A stretch of DNA of 64,000 nt. Source: Octopus vulgaris (Eukaryota). Position 1 is the stretch's first letter. Every line of letters starts with the position of its first letter. The position numbers were made by a program, and so were the translations under genes. Positions 43,910 through 58,191 of this stretch are shown here, in pieces. The stretch is from contig OX597833.1 of NCBI GenBank assembly GCA_951406725.2, forward strand, positions 50,530,001 to 50,594,000. The letters are read 5' to 3'. The notes beneath the pieces were generated by a model. That model did not search any database and was not told the DNA's origin. It saw nothing but the letters and a program-made list of their open reading frames with translations.

Positions 43910-44133
43910 TATGTATGGTCGTTAGGAATTTTCATGTGGTGTGTTGCGTGATACCAGGTAATTACTGAGTCGTCTATCGCTTCATTTATTATTGATCATT
44001 TGATATCTTTATTACGTACACCCCTCCGATTATAACGGCGTATTGAAAGTCTCCAGCTAGGATATTTCTTGGAGCAGAGGGGGCTGTTGTAATCAAGTGT
44101 TGCCGTGTATTGTATTTCGATTGAACACACTCA

Positions 44134-44169
<36 letters not shown>

Positions 44170-44636
44170 GCGAGCATTCATTTAGTGATGGGGGTGTATA
44201 TGTGCGTGCGTGCGTGTAGGCGTTTGAGTGAGCGAGTATGCAGGTGTGTGTGTGTGTGTGTGTGTATGTATGCTTCTGTGTGTGTGCGTGTGTAAGTGTG
44301 TGTATGAATATTTAACGAGGTTATATTAAGGTTTAAATAAATGTTGGAAAATAAGTGACAATACACAAAATATAAACTATTTCATTAAACACTCAGTCCC
44401 TTGCATATGCCTATATATACATACATATATATATATATATACACACACACAAATAAGTATATATATGTACATGTTTATATATACATACATGAATATACTG
44501 ATACATACACAGACGTATATATGCGTGTAGGTATGATATATATTTATATGTGTGTATAATTGTTCGTTTGTTTTCCACCTGCCTTCGTCTTTTGTTTATT
44601 TTCATAAAGCTTCCCGTTATATATATATATATATAT

Positions 44637-44734
<98 letters not shown>

Positions 44735-45188
44735 GGTTATATACATATATGTATGCTCATACATACATACACACACAAACACACATTTCCAAAACGTAGA
44801 CGCGTTAATAATTGTCCAGCGCTGCAGGCAAAATTAAAGAAATAATTACCAGTTCTGTTTATATTTTTCGATTTTTTCTTTACTTATTTCAGTCATTGGA
44901 CTGAAGTAGTCCTTCTAGACGTCCAGCATCAGAGGGGTCAGTCGATTACATTACAGATCCTGTCAAAGACAACGGGGATCAAGTAGTGGTGAAAATTTCA
45001 TTTCGAAATAATACAACACATCATCGATGCATCGATTTTTCTACTCCAATTTTCAGCTGCAAAAATATTGAGAGAGAGGGAGAAAGAGAGAGAAGAGACG
45101 GGTGTTATATGTATATATAGATATATACCAACATATAAATTAATATCTATCTATCTAAATCTATCTATCTGTGTGATTGTGTGTGTGT

Positions 45189-45312
45189 TGGAGTGGCTGT
45201 GCGGTAAGAAGCTTGCTTCCTAGCTACACGGTTCCGGGTTCAGTCCCATTGCGTGCCGACCAAAGCTTTGTGAGTAGATTTGATGGACCGAAACTAAAAG
45301 AAGTCCCTCGTA
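45189..45312 (+). mobile_element. SINE family A 5' part, internally deleted
   Basis: ggagtggctgtgcggtaag..ggttcagtccc. Confidence 0.7.
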
Positions 45313-45360
45313 TATATATATATATACTTACTTGGAAACGGATGCATGGCGTTCAGTTAG

Positions 45361-45425
<65 letters not shown>

Positions 45426-45959
45426 GCATGCATATATGGGTACAGGACGTCACCAACGGATCAAGCACCATGAAATACGTAAACAAACGAGTTAAATACG
45501 TAAGCAACGAGGGAAATGGAAAATGGTAGAAGTAAACACAATGAAAGGCCCCTTCATCAGTTGCTAGCTGTCTTCTCCTCATTTCGAGCATTCAACGACA
45601 ATATGAGCCTTCAAAGACAGTTGCTCCCATAAATTCTGAAATAAAATTTAGGATTTATGGAGAGACAAAGTTGGGAACAAAAACATGACAGTGGAGACAT
45701 ACAATGAAACCGAAGGGAGACAAGCGAGAACGACAGCAAAATACTGAACGCTGTAAGACATATTTTTTGAAAAGAGAATAGATAGAAGAGAGAGAGAGAG
45801 AAAAAAAAACGTCCGCGGTGTTGAAGGTCCGTACACGAAAAGAAAAATGCTCAAGTGAGGAAAAGAAAGATGGACGATGGTCACGTGTGAGCAACGAGAG
45901 AAAGAGAGAGAGAGAGAAAAAGAGAAAGAGGGGACAGAGAGACAGATAAAAAACGTCTA

Positions 45960-46161
45960 TGTGAGTGTCTGTGTGTCTGTCACGCTCCCCCACCCGCCCA
46001 CGCACCATCGCTGGACAACCGATGCTGTTATGCTTATGTTCCCGCAACGTTCCGGCTTGGCAAAAGAGACCGATAGAATAAGTTCTAGGCTTACAAAGAA
46101 TACTAAATCGGCTCCAGGATGGCCGCAGTCAGGTGACTGAAACGTGTAGAAGAGTAAAAGA

Positions 46162-46162
<1 letters not shown>
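45960..46162 (+). mobile_element. SINE family A 3' part
   Basis: gacaaccgatgctg..gaccgatagaataag..tgactgaaac. Confidence 0.7.
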
Positions 46163-46227
<65 letters not shown>

Positions 46228-46265
46228 TAAATTAGAGATAAAATATGTTTGGATATACTCCCTAA

Positions 46266-46345
<80 letters not shown>

Positions 46346-46423
46346 GCATATAAGTATATAAATGTATGTATGTATGTATGTATGTATGTATGTATGTATG
46401 TATGTATGTAGGTAGGTAGGTAG

Positions 46424-46455
<32 letters not shown>

Positions 46456-46575
46456 CTATCTATCTATCTATCTATCTATTTATCTATCTGGCTGTCTGTC
46501 TGTCTGTCAATCTATCTCTCTATCTGGCCATCTATCAATCTATCTATCTGTCCGTCTGTCCGTCAGTCTGTTTGT

Positions 46576-46619
<44 letters not shown>

Positions 46620-46678
46620 TTACGATATAATTTTTCTGTATGACACGAATTCGCCCTCGTGCTATACTACACACGCGT

Positions 46679-46719
<41 letters not shown>

Positions 46720-47155
46720 TAGACACATTCACACAAACACACATAGACATACACACGCAGACTCACACACGCACACACACATATATATATATATTATTTT
46801 ATATATACTTATGTACATAAATAAATACATACATATATATTCATGGCTTTACGTCAGAAAATATTTTATTAAGATAACTATGGCATGTAATTAATCTAAA
46901 AGTTTAGGCACACATATACACACACATATATACATAACAACACGAACGCATTCATATTATTGTAAACACATACATACATACTCGTACGTATGACATAAGC
47001 ATAGCAAATAATTCGAGATGATGAATCAATCAATTAAAACATCTCATAATTAATTTGTAATTAAAGCTCTCCTCTGCGCTCCCCTCTCATAATTAATTTA
47101 CGATTCTCCTTTCAACGCGAGTTTTTACTCATATATATATATATATATGTATATG

Positions 47156-47233
<78 letters not shown>

Positions 47234-47248
47234 CATATATATGTATAC

Positions 47249-47280
<32 letters not shown>

Positions 47281-47337
47281 ATTTATATATAGAGGGCATT
47301 ATTATACATACATGCCACACGCTACGAGGGACATATA

Positions 47338-47413
<76 letters not shown>

Positions 47414-47486
47414 TGCACATAAATGTAAATAGATACATATATATATATACATATACATGTATATATATATACATATATATATATAC

Positions 47487-47538
<52 letters not shown>

Positions 47539-47924
47539 ATACATACGTACACATGTATATACATATATGTATATGTATATATAAATGCATTGAAGCGTTA
47601 ATCAGTGTCACTATGAGAGGAAAGCTGATTTATACAGTTTTTAATATCTTCCTCGTGTGAAATATTTTTCTCGTCTCAGACAAAATGTTTCACCTTACCT
47701 CGGATATTATTAAAGGTTTTTGTCGATGGTTGGTTGTGTTTGGTGGGGATGGATGGTAGAGGTTTTTTTGTAAACCGGGGCGGAGTAGAGAAAAGGTGAG
47801 TGTGTCTGGATGAATGTTAAATGTCTCTCACTGTCTCTATCTCTCTCTTTCTCTTTTACTCTAAATTATGACATTAAACATTGAACAGATAAATAAGATA
47901 TTTCCAAGAATGTGTGAAGTCGAA

Positions 47925-47949
47925 GATCATCATCGTCATTATCATCATT

Positions 47950-48031
<82 letters not shown>

Positions 48032-48686
48032 CCATAATCATCATCACCCCACATCACCATCATAATCATTGTCATCATCGTCATCATCATCAACATCACC
48101 ACCACCACCACCACCGACACCACCACCACCACCTCCGTCGCCGCCACTGCCACCACCGCCACAATCATCATCATCATCATCATCTCCGTCATCATAAACA
48201 TCATCGTCAACAACCCCATCGTCATCTTAGTGGTCAACATCATCGTCGTCATCGTCAAGTTCATCATCGTTGTCATCACCAATGTTGTCTTCCTCTCCTC
48301 CACATGACCATCATCAACATCATCACTATAACCAACATCATAGTCTTCGTTGTGGTTTCCTTTGCGTTCTTCCTCCTCTTCCTCATCATCTTAGCATCAT
48401 TAATCATCGTTGCCTTTTCACTATCATTCTTATTACCAAAGCCACCATCATACCCGTTGCCATTTCCCCGTCGTATTCATCATCATCATCATCATCATCA
48501 TCATTATCATCATCATTATCATCATCGTTTTCATCATCGTTTTCATCTTCGTTTTCATCATCGTCATCGTCATCGTCATCATCATCATAATCATCATCAT
48601 CATCATCAGCATCATCAGCATCGTCATCATCACCGTCGTCGTCGTCGTCATCATCATCATCATCATCGTCGTCATCATCGTATCAT
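47925..48686. repeat. Compound (CAT)/(CAC)/(CGT) trinucleotide tract
   Basis: Direct reading. Confidence 0.9.
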
Positions 48687-49244
48687 GTAGACTGTGATGG
48701 TGTCGGGAATAAATAAAAAAAAACAGAAAGAGTGAAGAGAAGATATATACATGCGTGAAAAATATATTGGCAGATGTCACTGATATATAGAAAAATTACT
48801 CCGAATAGATATTTATTTTTATCGTTTCTGTAAAATTAAACGTGTCTGTTAATTGATATTTCACTTTCTTTCTCCCTATCACCATCTCTCTCCCTCTACT
48901 CCATTCCACATGAAGACACACTCTAACACACATGTGTATATATGTAACAGTATTATATATTTTTACGTACACACACACACGTACATGCTAACATATACTC
49001 ATACGCAAACACTTACGTACGCCTATTCTCACACACACACAGGCGCGCGCACACATAAATCAATATATATTGGGTCGATAGACAGATGTACTGATACAAA
49101 TGAGTTTTGGTATTTTGGACGCTTATCTTTTTTATTAAATCTTCCGTTTTATTCGCAAGCCAGTAATAATATTATGAATATTTGGAAATGCACTTTGTCT
49201 GTATTCATGTGCTTATATACACACACACACACTCACACACACAC

Positions 49245-49278
<34 letters not shown>

Positions 49279-49289
49279 TTATATTTGTG

Positions 49290-49331
<42 letters not shown>

Positions 49332-50191
49332 TATGTATATATACATATGTATATATATATAGAGAGAGAGATAGATACATACATACAAGACTGCTACGTA
49401 TATTAATATCTATATGTATATGTGCATTTATGCATATATATTTATATGTATGTCTGTACGTATGTATCTATATTTCATACACATATGAAACGAAATGTTT
49501 ATATTCTGACTTGATCCGCTTATGTCTATATATCAGAAAATAGTAAGTGAAATACTTTCACTTATTACCACGGAAGCACATATATATTAAAGAAAGGATC
49601 ACAGGCCGTCACACAAATATTTGCATATATAATGTATGTGTGTATATATGTGTGCGTGCGCATGCGTTGTGTTTGCTATAATCAGGACTTCATGGAGTTC
49701 TTGTATAAAGATGACAGTCTCTCTCATATCTAAAGTCGGCTGCCACAGGTTCCCATCAAGAAAGTTACAATAATTCAGCAGATGATCAGTCTGAATTTCA
49801 AACAAATTGAGCAAGGCGCTTAGTAAGCAGCCATGGCAGTTAGAGGCCGTAGATATAACTCTTCTGCAGGCGAAGGTCAATAAGTTACTCATTTGACGCT
49901 ACAGTTTAGGGGTTGACACGAATATGATCCGGACATATCTGCTGGAGGTTACACAGACGTTCATACAACACCTTTAAGCACCTTCTGCAAACCCTGCATC
50001 TTGTATTTTTACTTTCATACCGCTGTCTACATCTAAATGAATATACTCATAATGAATTACAACCAAATGAATTTTGTAGCAGATCTCTGGGTTTATATAT
50101 AGTGTTGTAGATACGCGTATATATGCATATATATGAATGCGTATAGAGAGAAAGAGATTAACGTGTAAAAATATGTATATGTATGTATACG

Positions 50192-50247
<56 letters not shown>

Positions 50248-50374
50248 GTATGTATAAACATACACGTTTACAGTTATACATACATATATATACATACATA
50301 TTAAAATACGAATTTTTGCAGATGACTCTAATAGAAAGTCATTAAAGGTGTGCCTAACCGAACAGAACAATATA

Positions 50375-50599
50375 TTGGGTTGTCCAGAAAGTTCGTTCCA
50401 ATTTATTGTGGCTTGCCTTTCGACTTACCCTCCCAGGCACCTCAGTTCTGGGAAGAGGGTATTTTCACGTTAAAGGAAAGATGGAGACGCATTGTGCAAC
50501 AAAATGGTTCATATTTGGTTGATTAAAAATGTAATGGTAAGTATTTATTGACCTTTTTTTTTCCTTTAAAAATCGGCACGAACTTTCCGGACAACTCAA
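50375..50599 (+). mobile_element. Mariner-derived MITE
   Basis: TA|ttgggttgtccagaaagttcgt ... acgaactttccggacaactcaa|TA; internal RWRRIVQQNGSYLVD* mariner C-terminus. Confidence 0.85.
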
Positions 50600-50619
50600 T
50601 ATATATAATATAAAACACG

Positions 50620-51600
50620 CGCTCACATTGTATCACCCACACTGATTTCTGGACGGTGAGCGTGTGTGTGCTCGTTTGTGAGGCACGTCTTTCTGAAACT
50701 CGTTTCCTTGATTGAGCTGTTGTCCTGGGTGAAGAAAAGCCCAGGACTTGAGCCTAACACTTAAAATATCCTTAGGCACTCTCAGCCTTCTATCAGTCGG
50801 GCAATGGGATCAGTGGATGTTCCGCTTTAGCAATATGTAGCTCATTACTAACGGGAAATTGCGACAACGTTCTCGGGAAAGACTTTGCACGTCGATAAAA
50901 ACGATCTGGCTTGTCCTTTCGGGAGAACTTTCCGGTCATAGACTACCTTGGATAATTCACAGATTTCTTTGGCCTGGCAATGCTACTGTGAGGCACAACT
51001 AGTTCAAGATAAACTCTACAGGCACGGATGTGCTGTCAGACGGGCTTGTCCGAGATGCACGCAGAGCTATGAAACTGTTCTGTACGCACTCGTTCGGTGT
51101 CCGGGCATTGTTCACTTATAGAACTATGTGGAACAGATACTGTACTGGGTAGAACGGATCCATTTGTCAGCCGAGACCATAGTGGGGATTGTCCTGCTGC
51201 CTTTCTTTAATCGGACAAGAAATGAAGTTTTCCATTGTCTAGTGACAGTGGCGAAAGAGGTTGTTTTAGTAGACGAAGTTGAAAGGCACGAGGAAAGAGA
51301 CAGACTCTTTGGTAGAGCTCACATCGAAAAAGAAAATGGGAGTGGAGATGGAGGAGCTGTTCTCGAGTAAATTTATTGAAAGATGAGGGAAGTTGCGAAA
51401 ATGGCAAGAGTGGATGGGATCGCTTTAAGTATAAGCGCGTTAGTCGGAGAACTAGATTTGTAGAGGGTACTTGTCCTTAGTGTACAGGGAGTTCTTAGAC
51501 GGTGGGGTTTCTCTATTATCCCTAGAGGCCCTCCTTGTATCTGGAGGACAACTTCACTGTTACCCTCACTTTTTTGTTTTCCTTTACTTTTTACTGTAGT
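50620..51600 (+). mobile_element. Tx1/L1-clade LINE 3' fragment, degenerate
   Basis: LAWQCY..VQDKLYRHG..CPRCTQSYETVLYALVRCP (zf-RVT CCHC with H>Y) and VAKEVV; GC-richer than flanks. Confidence 0.65.
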
Positions 51601-51751
51601 ATACTGTGTATACTTTCGAACTCAACAGCATAACGTAACAGAATAATCAATGATTATGTATCACGCCCCTTCCATATTATTTTGAATGAAGTTTATTACG
51701 TTATTTATTTGAATATTGTGCATTGATTCTGCATGATTAAATGAGTTTGTC

Positions 51752-52350
51752 ATTTCTTTATATCCCACAAGGGGCTAAACACAGATGAGACAAACAAGGA
51801 CAGACGAAGTGATTAAGTCGATAACATCGACACCAGTGCGTAACTTGTACTTAATTTATTGACCCCGAAAGGAAGAAAGGCAAAGTCGACCACGGCGGAA
51901 TCTGAACTCAGAACGTAACGGCAGATGAAATACCTATTTCTTTACTACTCACAAGGGGCTAAACACAGAGAGAACAAACAAGGACAGACAAACGGATTAA
52001 GTCGATTAGATCGACCCCAGTGCGTAACTGGTACTTATTTAATAGACCCCGAAAGGATGAAAGGCAAAGTCGACCATGGTGGAATTTGAACTCAGAACGT
52101 AACGGCAGATGAAATACCTATTTCTTTACTACTCACAAGGGGCTAAACACAGAGAGAAAAAACAAGGACAGACAAACGGATTAAGTCGATTAGATCGACC
52201 CCAGTGCGTAACTAGTACTTATTTAATCGACCCCGAAAGGATGAAAGGCAAATCGACCTCGGCGGAATTTGAACTCAGAACATAATGGCAGACGAAATAC
52301 CGCTAAGCATTTCGTCCGGCGTGCTAAAGTTTCTGCCAGCTCGCCACCTT
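51752..52350 (-). mobile_element. SINE family B trimer with one TSD
   Basis: Junction gaaatacctatttc at 51927 and 52111 (184-bp period); TSD atgattaaatgagtttgt flanks the whole array. Confidence 0.9.
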
Positions 52351-53357
52351 AAATGATTAAATGAGTTTGTGCTATGCAAGAAGCGCAGTGCTGTTGTCAA
52401 GAAATAAAACATCAAGTCCTCTATCCCTTGACTGGTCGTGAGACCTTTTCCAGTGATAATATTACCAAGACCAAATCACGGCCATTACTCCAAAACCTAA
52501 TCAAGACTGCCATTTTGAAACAGATACAAACTTTCCATTAGTAATGCAAAATATAAGCCTCGCGTCTTAAATTTCATGAAGATGATCTCGGTAGTAACAC
52601 TAAAAAACATTACATTGTACAGAATTCGCACTTAACTCCACAAAGCCTGTCAAGCAAGATTAATCATCTCACCCTAAGCCTTATCTGATCTAGCAAGTTT
52701 TCATCACATACTTTTAGCCCACGAAACAGCTGTGTATTTGCGGTTTACGACTGGCACGAACATGTGTCGGTTTTTATAAACTTCTCGACGAACATCAACA
52801 CACTTTAAATCGCAGAAATGCACCTATGTTCTCTATATGTCAGACAATTGAATTTTAAGATTTCCTCTTTGCAAAATATATTAGAATTCCCTCTAATTAT
52901 CAGAAATACCATCATATAACGTTGCTATACTATTCTGTTGCAAGTCATGATATTTTTAATCTTATCGCATAGAAATCTGCTTCTTTCTTCTGACACGCCA
53001 TTTTTGTTTTGTTTCGAGTCTATTTTCTCGCGGTGTCATCATCAACATACAATCGTCACATGGTAGCATCTTCGACTGAATAGGGAAACATCTATTTTTA
53101 AAATACCAACAGAAAAGTAGATTAGCATACAAATAAAATTATAGGCAAATAAAGATATCTTTTATTTTTATATATATATATATATGGCTTTTACTATGAT
53201 CTTCCTTATGTGTTCTGTATCTCGTCATATCCTGCTAAGATATAATAATTCTTATAAACACCTGCAACCGTAACCGTTGAAATGTAAATGGCAAACATAA
53301 TTGTGTATTAATAATGCAAAACTAACATTTCTAAAGAGACATCTATGAGAATATATA

Positions 53358-53358
<1 letters not shown>

Positions 53359-53388
<30 letters not shown>

Positions 53389-53430
53389 TGTATGTATGTA
53401 TGTATGTATGTATGTATGTATGTATGTATG

Positions 53431-53461
<31 letters not shown>

Positions 53462-53537
53462 GTATTATGTATGTAAGTATGCATGTATGTATGTGTGTAT
53501 ATATGTATGTATATATGTATGTATGTATGTATGCATG

Positions 53538-53568
<31 letters not shown>

Positions 53569-53813
53569 GTATCATGTATGTAAGTATGTATGTATATATG
53601 TATGTATGTATTTATGAACGTATTTATATATATATATATATACATGTGTATATATATGTATCTGTATGTAGGTATATGCATGTGTGTATACATATATATG
53701 TATGTATATATATACATGTCTGTATATATATTTGTATTATGTATCTATAACTATCTATATGTACATATACGTTTGTATGTATGTATATATATGCATATAT
53801 ATATATATATACA

Positions 53814-53848
<35 letters not shown>

Positions 53849-53944
53849 GTATATCATGTGCATACATTTGTACATGCATTGTTGTATATGTACATACTGT
53901 TCATACCATTTACTATTCGTACGTACACATACACATACTACTGA

Positions 53945-54012
<68 letters not shown>
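53359..54012. repeat. (TATG)n/(TA)n microsatellite block
   Basis: Direct reading. Confidence 0.9.
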
Positions 54013-54020
<8 letters not shown>

Positions 54021-54420
54021 GAGTCTGCTTTTGTGTGTATGTGCGTGTGATCTTGTTGAGTTTCCCCAGCATTCTAGCAGATACAAACATATAAGCTTAC
54101 TTGGAAGAAAAGATTTCTTGAAGATTATATAAACTGAATGAGAGAGTATAAATAAACAATGATGGAATAAGTCAAAAGAAATACAATATAGGTCTTCATT
54201 TATTTTCTTGTCAATGTACATATTTAATGATATATATATATATACACACACACACTCACATATACATATATGTATGTATATATATATACATTCATGTTAT
54301 ATATGTATATATATATACATTCATGTTATATATGTATATATATATATGATATATTTATCTACACACACATATTTATGTATTTTTAATTTTACCATATATA
54401 TATATGTATGTGTGTATATA

Positions 54421-54474
<54 letters not shown>

Positions 54475-54532
54475 ATATCTATCTACACGCACATATGTAT
54501 GTATTTTTTTATTTTACCATATATATATATAC

Positions 54533-54638
<106 letters not shown>

Positions 54639-55058
54639 TCAAATTAATAACCACAAACATATGCGGCAGCTCACATACAGATCGTACATTCGTGAACACG
54701 CACCTGTCTACTTACTTATAGGCATCAAGAAAAAAATTGCGCAGAGAACATGAATGCGATAGGAAATGCGTGAGTGTTTTCGGAGGAGAAAGTACTTGTG
54801 TTTGCGAATTAAGAACATGCACGTGCTAAAGAGAACGCAAATGCGAAATAACGATGAATGTATATGTGATATATGTGTGCTTCCCAACTTCACTCCTCAT
54901 ACACATATACACACACACATGTTTATATATATATATGGACATACACAGATATACTCATATATGGGTATCTCTCTATTTATTTCCTCTTACTCCTGTCTGT
55001 TGCAGAGCGTATGTACGAAACGTAAAAGGCTTTCCCCTTTTTCCCGGGAGTCAAACTA

Positions 55059-55104
<46 letters not shown>

Positions 55105-55148
55105 ATATATGTATTTATATATACATATGTATGTATATATATATGTGT

Positions 55149-55204
<56 letters not shown>

Positions 55205-55270
55205 GTATTCACATCGATTTGCAATGTGCGTGTGTACGTGTGTTTGTATATATATATATATACATACGTT

Positions 55271-55394
<124 letters not shown>

Positions 55395-55670
55395 CGTATG
55401 TATATATTATCGTAATACCGATTGTTTATTTTCCCACTCTGAGTAATTTTTTAACTCACTGTTGTGATATGTGGGCCTCTAAAATTCTCCTTTCATACTA
55501 TATGACATATAGCTGAGAAGCAAGCATGTTAAACACTCATTCATACTTGCATCCCCATTTATTTAATATCATATATAATTAGTTTATGTTTATTGAGAAT
55601 AAGATGATATATTCTGTAAAGAGGAAAAATAAACGATGGTGAAAAGGAAATTTTTCTTCTTTCTATATTC

Positions 55671-55977
55671 TTGTTGTTTGTTCCTTCTCTAATCACACCT
55701 AGTTCATTAGGACCGGTTTCCCGGTTTCCTTGGCGTATAGGTTCTCCACTTGGACGGGACGCCGGTCCGTCTCATGTGAGCTGCAAGACGCAAGAGGAAA
55801 GAGTGAGAGAAAATTGTGACGAAAGAGTCAGCAGAAGTTTCGCCATTACCTTCTGCCGGAGCCGCGTGGAGGTTAGATGTTTTGCTCATAAACACACACA
55901 TCGCCCGGTCTGAGATTCGAACCCGCGATCATCGACTGCGAGTCCGCTGCTCTAACCACTAGGCCATGTGCCTCCAC
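55671..55977 (-). mobile_element. SINE family C variant head, tail type 4
   Basis: Reverse match to 30556-30849; TSD-like cttctttctatat. Confidence 0.85.
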
Positions 55978-55998
55978 TTCTTTCTATATAAAGTTTCA

Positions 55999-56192
55999 TT
56001 ATTCCACAAAGAATTGAAACCCGGCCGTCGATTTACTTCACTATGACTTACCCCTCGAAAATATTTCCTGGTATACATTAATGAAATTTTCTTTCTTTCT
56101 TGATGAATTTGATTATTCCACATGGAGTTGAAACCTGATCGTTGATTTACTTCACTGTGACTTAACCCTCGAAAATATTTTTCAGTATACAT
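55999..56192. repeat. Diverged direct repeat (about 80-bp units, period about 114)
   Basis: ttattccaca..ttgaaacc..gatttacttcact.tgactta.ccctcgaaaatattt..gtatacatt occurs twice. Confidence 0.8.
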
Positions 56193-56915
56193 TCTTGTCA
56201 TCCCCTATAGTTTGCGACCACCTCATAAGACTATAAACTTGTTTATATTTCGAAGTAAGGGATCTGCATTCAGTGTAAAATACAAGAAAAGGCAATGTGA
56301 AATTTATCCCCCGAACACTTGGTAAAATATTTTCCCTCTAATTCATGCTTTGTTATTTTTGTCGTCGTTAGATTAAAGGTCAAGAATTCTTGACGCAAAC
56401 AGTCTGTTTCCTGCTGTCATTATTCTGGAAACCCAATAGCAATTCCTTACCAAAAGAAGGTCATCACACCAGGTAAGTATTTTACAACTATTAGATACGT
56501 TGTCATAATACCGTTTGTTTATTTTCCCACTCCGAGTAATTTTTTAACTCAGTGTTGTCATAGGTGGGCTCCTTCTAAAATTGTCCTTTCATATTAAATC
56601 TTCTAATGTTTCAAACAATCAGATTTCTCACCAATAAACAGCAACTCGCATGTTATTCTTAAAGAATCTGGTTAGAGCTGTGGAATGAAATTGTTTTAGC
56701 TTACGAATGTTCCCTCATTATACATAAGTATTAGAGTGCTTTCTTATACGTGAGCGCATGTATGTGCTATTACACGTGTTTGCGTTAAGGCGATGATACT
56801 CGATGTCTGCTTAAATTACAACCGTTTGTTTGTGTAAAAGCGATTGTTATTATATGCAGTAATAAGTCCCTTTACATATGCCAGTATTTTTATTTTTTTA
56901 CATGGTTTACTAGTA

Positions 56916-57650
56916 GCTACTAGTGTATTTGTGAGTATAATATTTGATTGTCTATAGGATTTGCCTTGCTATGAATATGCTTTCTATATCTCCAAAGGTA
57001 TGTATCGCAACACCATATATGAACATAGTTATAGTCTGTATAAATTGCTCAAAATATGAGTTTTCGGATCTCTTCGGTTTGACCGACAGTTTTTTCTAGC
57101 GGTGTCATATGAAATTGTCACCCATAATTATGATCCTTGTATCGATCTATTGCATTTCAATCTGTTTTAGGGTTAGGGTTAGTTAGGGTTAGGGTTAGGG
57201 TTAGTGGTGGGGGGGAAGGGTATCTTTTTTTCTTCAGAAATGTAAATAAACCCAATCTGTTTCTTAAACGAGGGACATATTCATATGGCACAGAATGTTT
57301 TTACTTCAATAGACGTGATTGGTTGAAATTGCAGAAATTAAAAAAAAACTATAAATATCTTAAAAAACTATAGAATTTTCTCAATAAAGCAAAGAGAAGA
57401 AGATGTTTTATTAACACATTCTACCAGTATACGAAGTTTAAAAGTGTTTAGTTACCTAGAAATTATGTTAAAAACTGCCGTTCAAACCGAAAAGATCCGC
57501 TACTAGTGTATTTGTGAGTATAATATTTGATTGTCTGTAGGATTTGCCTAGCTATGAATATGCTTTCTATATTTCCAAAGGAATCTATCGCAACGCCATA
57601 TATGAACATAGTCATAGTCTGTATAAATTGCTTAAAATATGTGAGTTTTC
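56916..57650. repeat. 150-bp direct repeats (56916-57065 and 57499-57650) flanking a TIR element
   Basis: Copies differ by about 8 substitutions and a 2-bp indel. Confidence 0.9.
57066..57498. mobile_element. 433-bp MITE-like element with GGATC..GATCC TIRs and internal (TTAGGG)n
   Basis: ggatctcttcggtttgaccgacagttttt / aaaaactgccgttcaaaccgaaaagatcc; TTAGGG units at about 57167-57204. Confidence 0.8.
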
Positions 57651-58043
57651 AATTTGTGTGAGACACAATAACTATTGAGAAACACGAGGTACGTATCACT
57701 AAACAGTTCTCGTTATACGAGCATTAAATGCCTTCCATTCGTTACGGTTTTGAAATTTGAATACCACTAGTAAGGATTCTGTATGAAGATTAATTTCTGG
57801 TTGCCAGAGAATTTAATTCCGGTTGTATGAAAGGCAATACATATTCATATTTAAAGAAGAGAAATACTATAAACACGTATAAATAGCAGCAGTCTACATG
57901 GAGTGATGTTTATCACAGCTTGGATGCGTTCAGCATATCTCGTTCAGCGAAAGCGGATGGAAAATGTATTATTGAATAACGTAGGTTCCGGATTTGTTAA
58001 TATTATTGTCAGAATCCCCCGATTAGCTATTATTTATGTAGAC

Positions 58044-58160
58044 CAGGGGTTCTCAACAATTTTTTTACTTATGGACCCCTTTGATTCCTATTTTACTTGA
58101 GTGGACCCCACCCCACCAGAGCCATTCGATGTTTAAAAAATTCCTATTGTATTTTTTTTT
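58044..58160 (+). mobile_element. hAT (Charlie-like) MITE 5' end
   Basis: caggggttctcaac..tggacccc subterminal repeats. Confidence 0.5.
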
Positions 58161-58191
58161 ATAATTTAATTTTATTAGGAATTACTCATTC

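Noticed and set aside
43319-43951. IY/YI-repeat ORFs (also 53343-55516 and elsewhere)
   Set aside because: Translations of dinucleotide microsatellites.
45540-45625. Minus-strand CTGATGA and GAAA as a hammerhead
   Set aside because: Could not build consistent stems in the correct order.
47866-48780. His-rich, Asp-rich and Ser-rich ORFs up to 258 aa
   Set aside because: Open in several frames only because (CAT)n lacks stops; no domain.
49599-49990. GC-richer segment and 97-aa ORF as a possible exon
   Set aside because: No recognisable protein motif or splice context; may be an old TE fragment.
57167-57204. TTAGGG repeats as a telomere or fusion site
   Set aside because: Only a few units, and they lie inside a TIR element.
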